Shown here one piece after another: positions 56,621-64,000 of a stretch of 64,000 bases of DNA. Under the pieces are notes generated by a model, which was not told the DNA's origin, ran no database searches, and saw only the letters and a program-made list of their open reading frames with translations. Within the stretch, counting starts at the first letter, position 1; each line of letters begins with the position of its first letter. The position numbers and the translations under genes are program-made. Origin of the DNA: Coriobacteriia bacterium (GTDB lineage: Bacteria; Actinomycetota; Coriobacteriia; Anaerosomatales; SLCP01); assembly GCA_030603745.1 (NCBI GenBank), contig JAUVXE010000003.1, positions 131,923 through 195,922 on the forward strand, in the 5' to 3' direction.

Positions 56621-58210
56621 TCAGGCGGCCGCCACCGTGCTGCGCCCGGGTCGCTCGATGCGGCCCGCGAACGGCCGACGGAGTCTCCTGCACAGCCGCT
56701 GGATCGAGTCCTTGCCCGAGACCACCGCGATCGGCAGGCCGCCGGGCGGCTGGAGCCACTGCCCGGAGAGCACGAAGTTCTCAAGTCCCTTGACGCGTCC
56801 GGTGTGCGCCATCATCTTGCTGCCGATGGTGGGGAAGAACGCCATGAACGAGCCGCGGTGCGCGTTGCAGTAGCGCGCGTAGGTGGCGGGCGTGGCCACG
56901 TCGAGCACCGTCAGCTTGCCGAAGAACTCCGGGAACTGCGTCTCGATCGCCGCGCGGACCGCCTCGCCCACCCGCTCCTTCTCGGCCCGGTACGCCGCGC
57001 GGTCGCCCGCGAGCGCGAACCAGTGGTCCACCCCGTCGCCGAAGTGGTTGAGCGCCACGGTCATCGCGGTACATCCCTCGGGCGCGAACTCCGGCTCGTA
57101 GGCGTAGTGGTTGAGCGTGATCTGGGTGATCGCCTCGCGACCGAGCTCGATAGGCGCGCAGTCGAAGCGCACCGTCCTCGGCATGTCGCCGACCTCGGCG
57201 GCAAGGCCCAGGCCGATGTAGGTGTTTGAGGCGAGCGGGTAGGTCTCCGGCGCGCCGAACCGCTTCTCGAACGTGCGGTCGCGGTACCTGCCGCCGAGGA
57301 GCCGCTCGAAGACGAAGTGCGCGTCGCACGCGGCGATGAAGTGGTCGGCGGCGAAGGAGCGGCCGTCGGCGGCGGTGACGTGGGTGACGTGCTTCCCGTC
57401 GATGGCCACGCCCGTGACCTCGCAACCGGTCTCCACCGTCCCGCCGAGGGCGAGGTATCGATCGACCATGCGGTCGGCCACGCCCTTCGACCCGCCGATC
57501 GGGATCGAGGACTGTCCTTCGGCGAAGGTCGCCAGGCCGAAGAAGAGGAACGCGGTCGCGTAGTCGCCGGGCGCGAAGGTCGCGAACATCGCGCGGATCG
57601 CGGGGTGGCTGAAACGCTCGGCATACTCGGCGAGGCCGACCTTGCCGTATCGCTTGAGCACCGCGGCGGCGTCCTTCATCGAGGCCATATACCGGAGCTT
57701 CTCGGGGATGGACATGAGGTCCATGGGCTTGTCCGCCTCCATCTCGAAGGCGCCCATCTGCCGGATGGTGGCGACGAACTCCTCGATGGCGTCGGCGTCG
57801 GCGGGGGAGAGGTCGAGCCACGCCTCGCGGAGTCGATCGAGATCGCGGTGGATCGGGACGGTGCCCGTCTCGTGCTCGTAGGTGAGGAACGTCTCGGGAT
57901 GGTGGATCTCGACACCGTCGAGCGCGCCGACGCTCTTCCACAGGTCGTTCATCGGCGTGCCCTCCTTGGTGCCCACGAGCCAGTGGATGCACCCGTCGAT
58001 GTGGTATCCCTTGCGGTCCCACCCCGTGCACTCCCCGCCGAGGAGGGTGTGCTTCTCGACGATGGTGGTCTGGAAGCCGTTCGCCTGGCCGAAGATGCCC
58101 GCGGCGAGCCCGGCGACCCCGCCGCCGATGATGACGATGGTGGGGGCGCCGTCGGTGGGGGCGGTGGCCGTCCGGCTGGTCCTCGTCGTGCCTGCTGCTG
58201 CGCTGCTCAC
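56621..58210 (-). CDS. phytoene desaturase (CrtI)-family NAD(P)/FAD-dependent oxidoreductase
   Basis: The dinucleotide-binding motif is IVIIGGGVAGLAAGIF...VEKHTLLGGE. The length and the C-terminal GQW.QPPGGLP motif are typical of the family. Confidence 0.8.
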   Translation of the reverse strand: MSSAAAGTTRTSRTATAPTDGAPTIVIIGGGVAGLAAGIFGQANGFQTTIVEKHTLLGGECTGWDRKGYHIDGCIHWLVGTKEGTPMNDLWKSVGALDGVEIHHPETFLTYEHETGTVPIHRDLDRLREAWLDLSPADADAIEEFVATIRQMGAFEMEADKPMDLMSIPEKLRYMASMKDAAAVLKRYGKVGLAEYAERFSHPAIRAMFATFAPGDYATAFLFFGLATFAEGQSSIPIGGSKGVADRMVDRYLALGGTVETGCEVTGVAIDGKHVTHVTAADGRSFAADHFIAACDAHFVFERLLGGRYRDRTFEKRFGAPETYPLASNTYIGLGLAAEVGDMPRTVRFDCAPIELGREAITQITLNHYAYEPEFAPEGCTAMTVALNHFGDGVDHWFALAGDRAAYRAEKERVGEAVRAAIETQFPEFFGKLTVLDVATPATYARYCNAHRGSFMAFFPTIGSKMMAHTGRVKGLENFVLSGQWLQPPGGLPIAVVSGKDSIQRLCRRLRRPFAGRIERPGRSTVAAA

Positions 58211-58785
58211 TCCTGCTCATCCTTTCGCGTGCTCATCATCCCGGCCGCGATCTCCTCGCCTGTCTCCATGAGGAGCTCCTCGACCGCTTTCTCGTCCATC
58301 CACGACGGCAGGTGGCCGTTGGCCACCATCGCCGAGAGTCCCAGCTGGAAGACGCGCATCTTGAGGAAGAGGCGTCTGCGCGCGGCGTCGCTCCATCCGG
58401 CGAGCGCGGGGTCGCCCGCCATCACCGGCGCCATCGCGTCTTCGATCAGCTCGTGCGGGGCCACGTAGTCGTTGGGCTCGAGCGCCATCTCGCGGAAGAG
58501 GGCGGGGTAGTCGCGCGCGAAGGCGAGCGACGCCTTGCCCATGTTCTCGAACGGGTCGGGGCCGGTCTGAGCGGCGAGCAGCTCGCCCGACATCGCCCGG
58601 ACGCGCTCGACGACCGCGGCGAGCAGGTCGTCGACGGTCGCGAAGTTCTGGTAGATGGGGGCGACCGAGCAGCCCAGTCGCTTGGCGACGGCCCGGGTCG
58701 AGATCGCGGAGAACCCGCCCTCCTTGGCGAGCTCGAACGCGGCCTCCACGATCGTGTCGCGGTCGTAGCGGGTGGTGGGCGGCAT
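58207..58785 (-). CDS. TetR family transcriptional regulator
   Basis: RDTIVEAAFELAKEGGFSAISTRAVAKRLGCSVAPIYQNF. Its stop overlaps the CrtI-like start. A near-palindrome TAACG-tg-CGTTA lies upstream at 58843-58854. Confidence 0.85.
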   Translation of the reverse strand: MPPTTRYDRDTIVEAAFELAKEGGFSAISTRAVAKRLGCSVAPIYQNFATVDDLLAAVVERVRAMSGELLAAQTGPDPFENMGKASLAFARDYPALFREMALEPNDYVAPHELIEDAMAPVMAGDPALAGWSDAARRRLFLKMRVFQLGLSAMVANGHLPSWMDEKAVEELLMETGEEIAAGMMSTRKDEQE

Positions 58786-58997
58786 CTCGGCGGTCCTCCT
58801 CGGCGGGTCCAGTGGCGGTACTGCGGTGTAACACATGATAGATAACGTGCGTTAGGTATCGTACGACCACGGCGCGAGGGTGTCAAGCCCGTGGCGTCGA
58901 GATCGCGGACCGTCGAGGTCGGGCGGGGGCGACCTTCGTCTGGACCCGTTCAAGCCCTCCGGACCCTCCCGCCGCTCCGCCTCTGCCGCACACACGA

Positions 58998-59027
58998 GAA
59001 GGGCCGCCCGTCTGTGGGCGGCCCTTC
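58998..59027 (-). terminator. GC-rich hairpin GAAGGGCCGCCC-n6-GGGCGGCCCTTC downstream of the GltS-FMN-like gene
   Basis: A perfect 12-bp stem whose arms are identical to those of the 41363-41389 hairpin. On the minus strand it is followed by TCTCGTGTGTG. Confidence 0.5.
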
Positions 59028-59068
59028 GGTAGTGCTCTGGAGACGCGCGAGCGCCGGCGGGTCGTGCG

Positions 59069-60658
59069 CTACCCCTCGATGATCCGCATCGCCTCGTCGC
59101 GGTAGGCGTCCATGACGTAGGGGATGTTGGAGACCTTGGCGGCCTCCTCGGTGAGCGCCACGAGGTCGGCGCGCGAGATCGCGGGAAGCGAGAAGTTGCG
59201 CGAGCCGCTCATGAGCTGCTGAAGGCCGACCTTGAGCTTGTCGCAGAAGGCGTGCAATGCGATCGCGCCGAGGGGGAACTCGTCGACCACGTCGCCGAAC
59301 TCGCTCTTGAGCGTCTCGTAGTTGACGAAGATCTCCTCTTTGGTGGTGCCGAACGCCGAGACCGTCTTGGGCAGGTCCTCCTCGGCCATCCACAGGTCGA
59401 TGTTCTTGCCCACGAAGCCGGGGATCATGAGGGCTCGACCCATGCAGACCGCCTTCATGTGCGGCGATCCGAGCGCGAGCACCTTGAAGATGTGGTCCTC
59501 GGTGGAGAAGCCGCCGGCCATCGCGAGGTCGGGCACGAACTCGCCGCGCGACGCGAGCTTCTCGGCGAGCTCGTTGACCATGCACTGCAGGTAGAAGGTG
59601 GGGATGCCCCACTCCTCCATCATGCGCCACGGGCTCATGCCGGTCCCGCCCGGCGCGCCGTCGATGGTGAGCAGGTCGATCCGGTTCTCGCTCGCCCACT
59701 TCATCGCCATCGCGAGCTCGCGCATCGAGTAGGCGCCGGTCTTGAGGGTGACGCGCTTGGCGCCGAGCTCACGCAGGCGCGAGACGCTCGCGGCGAAGTC
59801 GTCGCGGTCGATGAAGCCGAGGCGGCTGTGCCGCTCGAACTGGCGGATCGCGCCGTCGTGGTAGGAGGCCTGGATCGCCGGGTCGCTCGGGTCGGGCGTC
59901 ACGAGATAGCCGCGGCGCTGCAGCTCGAGCGCGCGCTCGAGGTCGTTCACCTTGATCTCGCCACCGATGGACTTCGCGCCCTGGCCCCACTTGAGCTCGA
60001 CCGTCTCCACGCCGAGCGTCTGCGTGACGTACTCCGCCACGCCGAGGCGCGTGTCCTCGACGTTGAGCTGCACGAGGATGTCGCCGTAGCCCTGGTGGTA
60101 GCGGCGGTAGTTCTCGATGCGGCGCTCCATATCCGGCGAGCGGGTCACGCGGCCCTTGTCGTCGAGCTCGAGCTCGGGGTCGATGCCGCAGACGTTCTCG
60201 CCGCACACGAGCGAGATACCGCTGATGGCCGCGCCGATCGCGAAATGCTCCCAGTTCTTGCGGGCGATCTCGGTCGAGCCGAGCGCGCCGGTGAACACCG
60301 GCACCTTCATCCTGACCGGGTGCTCGGTGCCGAACACCGTCTCGGTGTCGGCGAAGGGGAAGAGCGTGTTGTCCGGCGTGCCCTCGGCGCCGTCGGGCAG
60401 GCCCTTCGCGCCGTAGGCGTAGCCGAGGATGTTGAGGTGGCTGTAGTCGATCGGGTAGTCCTTGTCGCCGCCGGCGGTCACTTCGCCGAAGGGCCCGGGG
60501 TAGATCACCTCACGGCCGCGGAAGGAGGACTTGAACACCTCGCAGTTGCCGCGGCAGCCGTCGATGCACCGGCTGCAGATGCCGGAGCCGGGGACCACAT
60601 CGCGGGACCGGTTCGAGGTTTGCGTGACGTCGGTGCCGTTCGGGCGCTGCAGGTTCAC
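59069..60658 (-). CDS. stand-alone glutamate synthase-related FMN-binding (GltS central domain-like) protein with an N-terminal Cys cluster
   Basis: CSRCIDGCRGNCEVF; GALGSTEIA...ELKWGQGAKSIGGEIKV...IDGAPGGTGMSP...MAGGFSTEDHIFKVLALG. The GTG start follows GAGGAGG. Confidence 0.85.
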   Translation of the reverse strand: MNLQRPNGTDVTQTSNRSRDVVPGSGICSRCIDGCRGNCEVFKSSFRGREVIYPGPFGEVTAGGDKDYPIDYSHLNILGYAYGAKGLPDGAEGTPDNTLFPFADTETVFGTEHPVRMKVPVFTGALGSTEIARKNWEHFAIGAAISGISLVCGENVCGIDPELELDDKGRVTRSPDMERRIENYRRYHQGYGDILVQLNVEDTRLGVAEYVTQTLGVETVELKWGQGAKSIGGEIKVNDLERALELQRRGYLVTPDPSDPAIQASYHDGAIRQFERHSRLGFIDRDDFAASVSRLRELGAKRVTLKTGAYSMRELAMAMKWASENRIDLLTIDGAPGGTGMSPWRMMEEWGIPTFYLQCMVNELAEKLASRGEFVPDLAMAGGFSTEDHIFKVLALGSPHMKAVCMGRALMIPGFVGKNIDLWMAEEDLPKTVSAFGTTKEEIFVNYETLKSEFGDVVDEFPLGAIALHAFCDKLKVGLQQLMSGSRNFSLPAISRADLVALTEEAAKVSNIPYVMDAYRDEAMRIIEG

Positions 60659-60704
60659 GGATACTCTCCTCCTCGGGGGTGACGAGCCAGGTGGTCATGC
60701 GATT

Positions 60705-60827
60705 GTAACCCGTTAGAAATACCACCGAAACACGAATCACGAGGCGGCTCCGGCCCGAAATCGTGCGAAATCGAAACACTGACGAAACATTCGACCCGTA
60801 ACCTGGGTGCATCCAGTGGTACGAAAC
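60705..60827. promoter_or_regulatory. array of GTAAC/GAAAC-type pentamers with 11-bp spacing (actinobacterial GlnR-box-like) in the divergent glnA / GltS-FMN-like intergenic region
   Basis: GTAAC(60705)-n6-GAAAT(60716)-n6-GAAAC(60727); GAAAT(60757), GAAAT(60767), GAAAC(60773)-n6-GAAAC(60784)-n9-GTAAC(60798); GAAAC(60823). Confidence 0.5.
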
Positions 60828-60884
60828 GCGTGGAGACCCTGTCCGCGGCGGTGCCAGGACGACGATATCGAGGAGGTCAGTGGT

Positions 60885-62222
60885 ATGACGCAGGCGTTCG
60901 ATAAGGACTACGTGCTCAAGACCGTTGAGGAGCGGGGCATCCGCTTCGTGCGGTTCTGGTTCACCGACGTGCTCGGGTTCCTCAAGAGCTTCGCGGTGAC
61001 CGACACCGAGGTCGAGACCGCGTTCGAGGAGGGCATGGGCTTCGACGGCTCCTCCATCGACGGGTTCACCCGCATCCAGGAGTCGGACATGATCGCTATC
61101 CCCGACCCCTCGACCTTCCAGCTCCTCCCGTGGCGTCCCGACGAGGGTGGCGTCGCCCGCATGTTCTGCGACATCACCACTCCCGACGGCAAGCCGTTCG
61201 ACGGTGATCCCCGTTACGCCCTCAAGCGGATCCTCAAGAAGGCCGCCGACATGGGTTACACCATGTACGTCGGTCCGGAGCTCGAGTTCTTCTACTTCGC
61301 CGACCACCACGGCACCGAGGTGCTCGACAACGGCGGCTACTTCGACCTGACCCCGCTCGACGTCGCGTCGGACCTGCGCCGCGACACCGTGCTCGCGCTC
61401 GAGAAGCTCGGCATCCCGGTCGAGTACTCACACCACGAGGTCGCCCCCTCGCAGCACGAGATCGACCTTCGCTACTGTGACGCGCTGACCATGGCGGACA
61501 ACGTCATGACCTATCGTCTCACGGTCAAGGAGATCGCGTACGCCAACGGCGTCTACGCCACCTTCATGCCCAAGCCGATCCAGGGCGAGAACGGCTCCGG
61601 CATGCACGTGCACCAGAGCCTCTTCAGCAAGGACGGCAACGCGTTCTTCGACGCCAACGACCCGCAGGGCTACAACCTCTCCGAGGTCGGCAAGGCCTAC
61701 ATCGCCGGCCTCCTCAAGTACGCGCCGGAGTTCTGCGCGGTGACCAACCAGTTCGTGAACTCCTACAAGCGCCTGGTCCCGGGCTACGAGGCCCCGGTCT
61801 ACGTGTCGTGGGCCCGCCGCAACCGTTCGGCCATGGTGCGCGTGCCGATGTACAAGCCCGGCAAGGAGGCCGCGACCCGCGTCGAGCTCCGCTCGCCGGA
61901 CCCCTCGGCCAACCCGTACCTCGCGTTCGCGGTCATGCTCGGCGCCGGCCTCAAGGGTATCGAAGAGGGCCTGGAGCTCATGCCCGAGGCGACCAACGAC
62001 ATCTTCGAGATGAGCGAGGCGGAGCTCGAGGCAGCCGGCATCAAGACGCTGCCGGAGAACCTCGGCGAGGCCATCAAGCTCTTCGAAGGTTCGGAGACCA
62101 TGAAGGAGATCCTCGGCGAGCACATCCACAAGTTCTTCGTGGAGAACAAGAAGGCCGAGTGGGACGAGTACAAGGCCTACGTCACCTCGTGGGAGCAGGA
62201 CAAGTACCTCTCGGTCCTCTAA
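60885..62222 (+). CDS. glnA: glutamine synthetase type I
   Basis: IRFVRFWFTDVLG...GFDGSSI...GPELEFF...HHEVAPSQHEID...SGMHVHQSL...NSYKRL. The ATG at 60885 follows GAGGAGG. Confidence 0.95.
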   Translation: MTQAFDKDYVLKTVEERGIRFVRFWFTDVLGFLKSFAVTDTEVETAFEEGMGFDGSSIDGFTRIQESDMIAIPDPSTFQLLPWRPDEGGVARMFCDITTPDGKPFDGDPRYALKRILKKAADMGYTMYVGPELEFFYFADHHGTEVLDNGGYFDLTPLDVASDLRRDTVLALEKLGIPVEYSHHEVAPSQHEIDLRYCDALTMADNVMTYRLTVKEIAYANGVYATFMPKPIQGENGSGMHVHQSLFSKDGNAFFDANDPQGYNLSEVGKAYIAGLLKYAPEFCAVTNQFVNSYKRLVPGYEAPVYVSWARRNRSAMVRVPMYKPGKEAATRVELRSPDPSANPYLAFAVMLGAGLKGIEEGLELMPEATNDIFEMSEAELEAAGIKTLPENLGEAIKLFEGSETMKEILGEHIHKFFVENKKAEWDEYKAYVTSWEQDKYLSVL

Positions 62223-62270
62223 GGACGACACCTGCCGGTCGGCGACGACCGGGCATCTGATGACGGCAAC

Positions 62271-62303
62271 GGCGCCGGGCGGAGACCATCTCCGTCCGGC
62301 GCC
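62271..62303 (+). terminator. glnA terminator hairpin
   Basis: GGCGCCGGGCGGAGA-cca-TCTCCGTCCGGCGCC forms a 15-bp stem with one G-U pair, followed by GCCTCTTCC. A smaller hairpin lies at 62234-62251. Confidence 0.6.
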
Positions 62304-62336
62304 GCCTCTTCCCGGGAGACGAGGAGCGTTACAATC

Positions 62337-63008
62337 GTGCACATGAAACGGGTCCTCATCGCCTCAGACGACGTGCACACGCGTGCGTGGGCGCGCAGCG
62401 CCGCGGAGTCGCTCGACGTCACCGTGACCGAGTGCACCGACGGCGAGCTCGGTACGCATCTCTCCGGCGACGAGCTCGATCTCGTGGTCGTCGACGGAGG
62501 GCGCGACCCGGAGCCGCTCGTGCAGGTCGTCGAGCGCGCGACCGGCGGCGGTCTCGACGCGGGGCTGCTGCTGCTGATCGAGTCCTCGGCGCTCGGCGCG
62601 CTGCGGATGCCCACCCGTATGAGCGCGGACTTCCTCGTGCGCGGCGCCACCTCCGAGGAGTTCGCCGCCCGACTGCGGGCGCTGCTGTGGCCGGGCGAGG
62701 AAGCGGGCGCGCAGGAGCTGCTGCGCGTCGACTCGCTCACCATCAATCTCGCGACCTATCAGGCATATCTCGACGGCGAGCCGATCGACTTCACCTACCT
62801 CGAGTACGCGCTCTTCGCCTTCCTTGTGACGCACCCTAACCGCGCCTACAGCCGCGAGGTGCTCCTGCGTCGCGTGTGGGGCAGCGACTACTACGGGGGC
62901 TCACGCACCGTCGACGTGCACGTGCGGCGCATCCGGGCCAAGATCGGTGCGGAGCTCGGTCGCCGGCTCGAGACCGTGCGTAACGTCGGCTACCTCTGGA
63001 ACGGGTAG
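62337..63008 (+). CDS. glnR: GlnR-like orphan OmpR-family response regulator (atypical receiver + winged-helix DNA-binding domain)
   Basis: DLVVVDGGRDPEPL resembles the actinobacterial GlnR receiver. The C-terminal part (LTINLATYQAYLDGEPIDFTYLEYALFAFLVTHPNRAYSREVLLRRVWG...RTVDVHVRRIRAKI) is the OmpR wHTH. There is no cognate kinase nearby. Confidence 0.8.
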   Translation: MHMKRVLIASDDVHTRAWARSAAESLDVTVTECTDGELGTHLSGDELDLVVVDGGRDPEPLVQVVERATGGGLDAGLLLLIESSALGALRMPTRMSADFLVRGATSEEFAARLRALLWPGEEAGAQELLRVDSLTINLATYQAYLDGEPIDFTYLEYALFAFLVTHPNRAYSREVLLRRVWGSDYYGGSRTVDVHVRRIRAKIGAELGRRLETVRNVGYLWNG

Positions 63009-63015
63009 CCCCCGC

Positions 63016-63594
63016 TCAGCGTAGCGTGCCGGTGAACCGGTAGGCGGGCCCCTTGACCGGCTCGCAACGGCCTTCGATCCCGTGCTCGGCCATGAACGCG
63101 CACATCCCGTCGGGCGTGAAGAACGCGCCCGGCTCGCCGAGGAGCTTCTCGACCGCGACGATGACGCGCATGTACCACGGCCTCGGGTCGAGTTCGAGCA
63201 CCACCACGCCCCCGCCGGGCCGCACCACCCGCGCGAACTCCCGCACCGCTCCTCGCTGGTCTCGGAAGTGGTGGAACGCGTCGGAGACGAGCACCGCGTC
63301 GACCGAGGAGTCCTCGAGCGGGATCTCCTCGGCCAGGCCGAGGAGGGCGGAGACGCCCGGCTCGTCGGGCACGTAGGCGAGCATCTCGGGCGTGGGGTCG
63401 AGCACGACCACGTCCGCGCGGAGCTCGCGCGCGAGCCGGCGTGCGAGGGCGCCGGTGCCGCCGCCCACGTCGAGGAGGCGGCCGTCCGGTCCCACGTAGG
63501 GACGCAGCCACCCGGCGATCTGGTCGAGGCTCTCGGGCGACCAGCGGTCGGCGAGCCGGTTGAACGCCGGCGCAGCCCAGTTGAAGAACCCCAT
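63016..63594 (-). CDS. class I SAM-dependent methyltransferase
   Basis: LLDVGGGTGALARRLA (motif I)...DAVLVSDAFHHF...RVVRPGGGVVV. I place the start at the internal Met, 63594. Confidence 0.8.
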   Translation of the reverse strand: MGFFNWAAPAFNRLADRWSPESLDQIAGWLRPYVGPDGRLLDVGGGTGALARRLARELRADVVVLDPTPEMLAYVPDEPGVSALLGLAEEIPLEDSSVDAVLVSDAFHHFRDQRGAVREFARVVRPGGGVVVLELDPRPWYMRVIVAVEKLLGEPGAFFTPDGMCAFMAEHGIEGRCEPVKGPAYRFTGTLR

Positions 63595-63711
63595 CCCGCA
63601 CCCCGCTTCTCGCACGGTCCCGGCCGTGGGGCGGGCCCGCTCGGGTACAATCCGAAGTCGTACCCGTGCGACTCCCGCATCCTTCGACTCTGTACCCCGA
63701 ACGGACGGTCC

Positions 63712-64000
63712 ATGAGCACTCGCACCATCGCCGCGATCGACGGCAACAGCCTGCTTCACCGCGCGTTCCACGCGCTGCCTCCCACGATGACCGCGCCGGA
63801 CGGACGGCCCACCAACGCCGCGTTCGGCTTCATCTCGATGCTCGTGAAGCTCGTCGCCGAGCTGCGGCCCGACGGCGTGGTCGTGGCGTTCGACCGCGGC
63901 AAGCCGGAGTTCCGCACCAAGGCGCTCGAGTGCTACAAGATCCATCGTCCGCCCACCGCCGAGGACCTCAAGGTGCAGTTCCCGATGGTCAAGGAGCTGC
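63712..64000 (+). CDS. polA: DNA polymerase I, N-terminal 5'-3' exonuclease domain (3' end lies outside the window)
   Basis: Hand translation from ATG 63712 gives MSTRTIAAIDGNSLLHRAFHALPPTMTAPDGRPTNAAFGF..ML.KL...PDGVVVAFDRGKPEFR, which is the PolI/FEN signature. The frame stays open to the window edge. Confidence 0.85.
   Translation, partial: MSTRTIAAIDGNSLLHRAFHALPPTMTAPDGRPTNAAFGFISMLVKLVAELRPDGVVVAFDRGKPEFRTKALECYKIHRPPTAEDLKVQFPMVKEL

Overview
This 64-kb chromosomal window comes from a very GC-rich genome in which nearly every third codon position is G or C. It looks Actinomycetota-like: it has an orphan OmpR-type GlnR next to glnA, a PdtaS/PdtaR pair, and TAnnnT -10 boxes. I can support about 66 protein genes and one tRNA-Leu(CAA). 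I found no rRNA, CRISPR array, transposase or integrase.

Gene content from left to right:
- Distal his operon (hisH' A F I E).
- A minus-strand sulfur block: cysK, an Rrf2 regulator, a PatB/MalY-type C-S lyase and an amidohydrolase.
- A catalytically dead M48 peptidase homolog.
- A complete trp operon (trpE, trpGD, trpC, trpB2, trpF, trpB, trpA) behind a Trp-type T-box leader with an intrinsic terminator.
- nadE and a GNAT acetyltransferase.
- A central-metabolism block: class I aldolase, accD, accA, PPi-type phosphofructokinase and a class II aldolase-fold protein.
- A LOG-family gene, an MFS transporter and the tRNA-Leu.
- An HD-GYP gene divergent from pdtaS-pdtaR, then mgtE.
- A trehalose module: a HAD/trehalose-phosphatase fusion plus a GH65 phosphorylase.
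- An operon that couples a fused HdrB-HdrC-like Fe-S protein to a three-gene split (archaeal-type) glutamate synthase.
- A short, visibly lower-GC islet with a small membrane protein and a single-HKD PLD-family nuclease.
- An accessory-looking stretch: cupin, DUF1697, DUF2200, DHFR-like, an RlmN/Cfr-family radical SAM methyltransferase behind a long structured leader, a GT/membrane/CPBP operon, a second MgtE-like gene, TetR with an FtsX/ABC pair, ICMT, a DUF2089 trio, two more TetR genes and a CrtI-like oxidoreductase.
- A nitrogen block: a stand-alone GltS-FMN-like gene divergent from glnA, then glnR.
- A SAM methyltransferase and the 5' end of polA.

Best candidates for something new are the PLD islet (41.5-42.9 kb), the HdrBC-plus-split-GltS operon, and the leader/uORF architecture upstream of the RlmN/Cfr-like gene.

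Every functional call rests on motif-level reading of the supplied translations. No database search was run. Many long ORFs in the track are antisense or out-of-frame artefacts of the high GC content and were rejected.
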